From Asterias rubens (taxonomy: Eukaryota): 64,000 nucleotides of DNA. This document shows, piece by piece, positions 60,300 to 64,000 of the stretch. How positions within the stretch are numbered: position 1 is the first letter of the stretch; each line of letters begins with the position of its first letter. The stretch covers positions 9,486,001-9,550,000 of the forward strand of contig NC_047078.1 of NCBI RefSeq assembly GCF_902459465.1. Reading direction: 5' to 3'. Under the pieces are notes generated by a model. That model was not told where the DNA came from. It did not search any database and was given only the letters and a program-made list of their open reading frames with translations. Position numbers and translations under genes: made by a program.

Positions 60300-60420
60300 T
60301 TTGTGGCCGGAAGTGCGTCATCATTTCCCCGCTCTTTCTCTCTCTCACTTTCTGAAAAGTATAATGACGTCACCTAATGAATTATTCATTGACCTGAGGT
60401 GAACACCTCTTCACACTCGG
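60300..60420 (+). promoter_or_regulatory. Putative promoter (ETS-type CCGGAAGT, CRE TGACGTCA)
   Basis: ccggaagtg at about 60308 and TGACGTCA at 60365 in a locally CpG-richer stretch upstream of a signal-peptide-like exon. Confidence 0.35.
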
Positions 60421-60879
60421 TTTTACTGTCGGATGGCCTTCGGGAGTTTGTTCCGGTTGACAGGTTCGGAAATACAGCTGGTTTTGTTGACTAGAAAGTG
60501 ATAGGTCCCTCAGCTTTACTATTGTTAACAAAGCTATAAAGAATTGTTGTGTACGTGTCTATTTACCCTACGTTATATTCCCTTTTTAGTCCTACACTAA
60601 AATTCGAACTGACTACTATTAATGCTGGTATTTGTGTTGAGTGCAAAGTGACCCCTGTGTGCTGTGACACCGTGAACTTGGATGCTGATTGATACCATAG
60701 ATCAACTGAGCACACCCTTCTTCGTGCTTTATACTTTACTACTGGTGAATTGGGCAGAACTTCAGCGGTGAATCGCGTCGTCAGACCCCGTGGTGTTCTT
60801 CAAAAGTGTGGAAAGTTCTCATCCACTGACCTTTGGTCTATTATCTATTCGACTGAAATCATAACTTCTTTATGCGGTT

Positions 60880-60946
60880 ATGGGTTTCGTGGACTCAACG
60901 ATGTTTTTGGCCAGCACTATTGTGTTATTGGTGTTCTTGCAGAAAG
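60880..60946 (+). CDS. Probable first coding exon (signal peptide) of an unidentified secreted/membrane protein
   Basis: ATG...MGFVDSTMFLASTIVLLVFLQK followed by a phase-1 donor AAAG|GTCAGT, the same layout as the signal exon of the Ig gene. No identifiable domain exon follows within the window. Confidence 0.42.
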
Positions 60947-61728
60947 GTCAGTCCATAATTTGAATTATTTTGTAGGTATAAAATATTTTGGAAACATTTC
61001 TGCATCCTACCATCACTTTTCAATTCGTTATGAAATGGTATCTCATTTCAAAAATGAGGTATTCCTTTTGTAAAAATTAGTGATATTATGGCATGATACG
61101 AAAGTTTTTCTGTTATTTTAAACGTTAAAATTAGTTAACTTTATACGGGAGTAAAATAAGCTTTTGATGGTTGGATAACTCTCCAAACATTGTTCACCAT
61201 ATTATTTGTATAAGGTCAAGAGCACTTGAGAGTTGTTGATGATTATAAACTATTGTTAGTGTTGATCCCACACTGTGAAGTCAAGTAGTTTCAGAGAAAG
61301 AGGTCAATTTTCACCAACAAAAATTCAACTGGACATGAATGCACACAATTTTGAGCAACAAGGGTGTTTTTGCTTTTCATTGTTTAAGATTAGTCTTGCT
61401 ACTTTCATGACATTCAAACTTGAGCCAAACTTTTGCCGTTGTTATTTTATGCATTAATGTTGCGACACGTTGATGAGGATTGGTCTTTGACAATAATATT
61501 ATATCAAAGTATACCCTTTTATTTCTCCCAAATTTTGTTTGCTATTTGGAATTACAAATAACAACTCTACAAGTTATGAAAAAAAGTGCATTACAACACA
61601 CACAGCCAGGGTTTCAAATGTCACGAACCACATAATTTCAGGGGATATATTGATGTAAATTTTTATACCCCACTGCTAAAATATTTTTCCAACCATTACC
61701 GATTCAAAGGCTATCGATCATGTGCCCT

Positions 61729-62122
61729 TTAAAGGCAGTGGACACTATTGTTAATTACTCAAAATATATTTATTTGCATAAAACCTTACATGGTATAACA
61801 CGAATGGGGAGAGGTTGATATAAAACATTGTGAGCAATGGCTCCCTCTGAAGTGAAGTAGCTTTCGAGGGAGAAGTAATTTTCAAAGAATTCGATTTCGA
61901 GACCTCAAAATTAGAATTAATTTGAGTTCTCGAAATCAAGCATGAAAGCACACAACTTCGTGTGACAAGGGTGTTTTTTCTTTGATTTTTTTTATTATCT
62001 CGCAACTTCGACAACCAATTGAATTCAAATTTTCACAGGTTTGTTACTTTATGCACATGTTGAGATACACCAAGTGAGAAGACTGGTCTTTGACAATTAC
62101 CAATAGTGTCCACTGTCTTTAA
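61729..62122. mobile_element. Family A MITE, full length
   Basis: TTAA-aggcagtggacactattg ... caatagtgtccactgtct-TTAA. Confidence 0.85.
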
Positions 62123-64000
62123 GCCATTGCAGTTAGACTATAGACATGTCCTGAGGAGGTCACACTATTTGCTTACACACTGGCCCTGACGGAAACCTTA
62201 TAAAAACGGAAACATTCTTTCAAGGTTAAACCGCACAAAGGATTATACAGCCGCCCCATGGTCACTAGATTATGAGCATTCGCATTGAATACAGGTCGCC
62301 GTAGTGCCAACATTGTAACTGGGTAATTAAACATTTTCAAAGCGAAAAACTCTTAAATTAATGCACAACTGTTCATGCTAGTTTTTCTATATCCGAACCA
62401 AGTGACTTTATAGCTACATATAAAAAACTATGGGGTTTAATAAAATGAAATTGAAGCCATTGGCGTTGTTAATAGCTTAATTTTTACAACTCTCAGGTGT
62501 TAAAACAACACCAATGCAATTGGTTTTGCAGTGTGTGTTATCATCTATGTTGGTGTCTGTATTTGTCTCTGCAAAGCCACAATTATCAATGCATTACTCG
62601 CCCAAAAGGTAATACTTTATACATCCTTAAGTTGCGTGTGTAGGCCTACAGACGTAGATTTTCTGAGACCTTCTAGCTTGTCTACAGCCTTCCCCCATTC
62701 CCATTGCCCTGTGTGCATTTGTTTCAGCTCAAGAGATCAACTTCAACGCAATAAAAACTTGGTAAAAAGTGCTGCCTCTTTTAATAGTAGGCCTACAGTA
62801 TAACAATTAATTTTTGAGAATTATTACACGCGGATGTGGTCATTGGTTATGCTATAAAAAAAATATAAAAAAACAGCTTTTAAGGGGCCTATAGATCCCC
62901 AAATGGATCCTACCTTTAACAAGTTTCCCATTTTTGATCATTTTATTGCAGTAATTTCTTTGACTAAAATATTATGATTCGCATAAACATCATATAATGA
63001 GTATATTCTACCTACTCCGGGGTATGACCTTCGCGGTGCAGATGTGGGTCGGATGGTTTGACCGATAAACGGGGAGTGGGCATCCGGACCCGGAAAAATT
63101 TGACCGTCCATGATCCAATGTCACTAGTGGAAGATCAAGTTGCTGATTGCCATACATACACTCATTGCTCTATGATACAATAGACCGGCTATCTACATAG
63201 CTGAGAGATAAAAAAGTGTGTTGAGAAAGTTTTGTGACTAAAAAGAAATCGTGGTAAAAAAAGTGCTAGCGCGCCCTCTCGTGTTTATTCATGTTGGCGA
63301 ACATGTGACAAAAACATTGTTCATAAGTAAACAATCAATCCGACATTTTTTGAGTAAAAGTTGGGAAAAATATCTAAATAATTACCTAACTTTTGGATTC
63401 AGAATAAAAAAATATTGCTTGTAAAGCCGAATTTAAAGTCATAATATGACTTAAAATATTATTATTGTACTTGAAAAATCACTTTGAAACAGCACAGAAA
63501 ACTAAAGCAGACGACAGCCTCAACCTGCAAAAATAGTCAGGCTCGGCTGTATCTACATGCACATTCGTACGCGTTATCTGTCGGTACTATACTAGTCAGG
63601 CACCCTGTTGATAACGCTACATTTTGATACTAGGTACCAGAGTTTTATAATCCTCATAAAATACAGAAGAACAAAAACTTCGCCGAAGTCGTATTTTGCC
63701 TCGGCTCTGGTGCTGTCAAAATGTATAGAATTAGAATATTATTTGCAATAAAATTGCACTGGATGACAGAGGGACCAAGAAAGAGTAAGTTTCTAAGATA
63801 TTTTTTGAATAAGCATGTGTTTTTAAAGCCATATTGGACACTTACTGAACAGAACAAAAATTAAAAGTTCACAGATTTACATTACAATACAAATAATTTA
63901 TTAAATAACTTACACTACACAGCACAGTCCACTTACACTACTACAGTACACTTCTAGTTCTACAGGGTTTACAGAATTGAAGGTATGGTGAAAGATTTCC

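Overview
AT-rich, intron-containing eukaryotic DNA. The gene content and repeat types suggest an invertebrate deuterostome, most likely an echinoderm such as a sea star (inference). By hand-splicing GT/GC-AG junctions in consistent phase I reconstruct five genes or gene parts. (1) The N-terminal exon of a TRIM protein (RING, two B-boxes, start of coiled-coil) on the minus strand, continuing off the left edge. (2) A complete 8-exon minus-strand gene (11781-16018, 370 aa) encoding a single-pass membrane protein whose ectodomain is an uninterrupted bacterial-type amino-acid solute-binding domain (SBP_bac_3/PBPb; HisJ/ArtJ-like) with no ion-channel segment. This is the most unusual item in the window. 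(3) A complete 11-coding-exon SMG9 gene (20089-28949, about 525 aa) with three upstream AUGs. (4) A complete 11-exon GPI-anchored 3xIg + FN3 adhesion-molecule gene (36194-53202, 539 aa; Klingon/Wrapper/Lachesin-like) with one GC-AG intron. (5) A probable signal-peptide first exon at 60880-60946. Non-coding space is dense with nested non-autonomous elements: more than 20 TTAA-flanked T2/Kolobok-type MITEs, several 3-bp-TSD Harbinger-like MITE families, tRNA-derived SINE-like repeats, two LINE 3' fragments and several local tandem repeats. Most short ORFs in the supplied track are repeat-derived or antisense shadows. I found no rRNA, functional tRNA, CRISPR array or autonomous transposase. Repeat coordinates are approximate.
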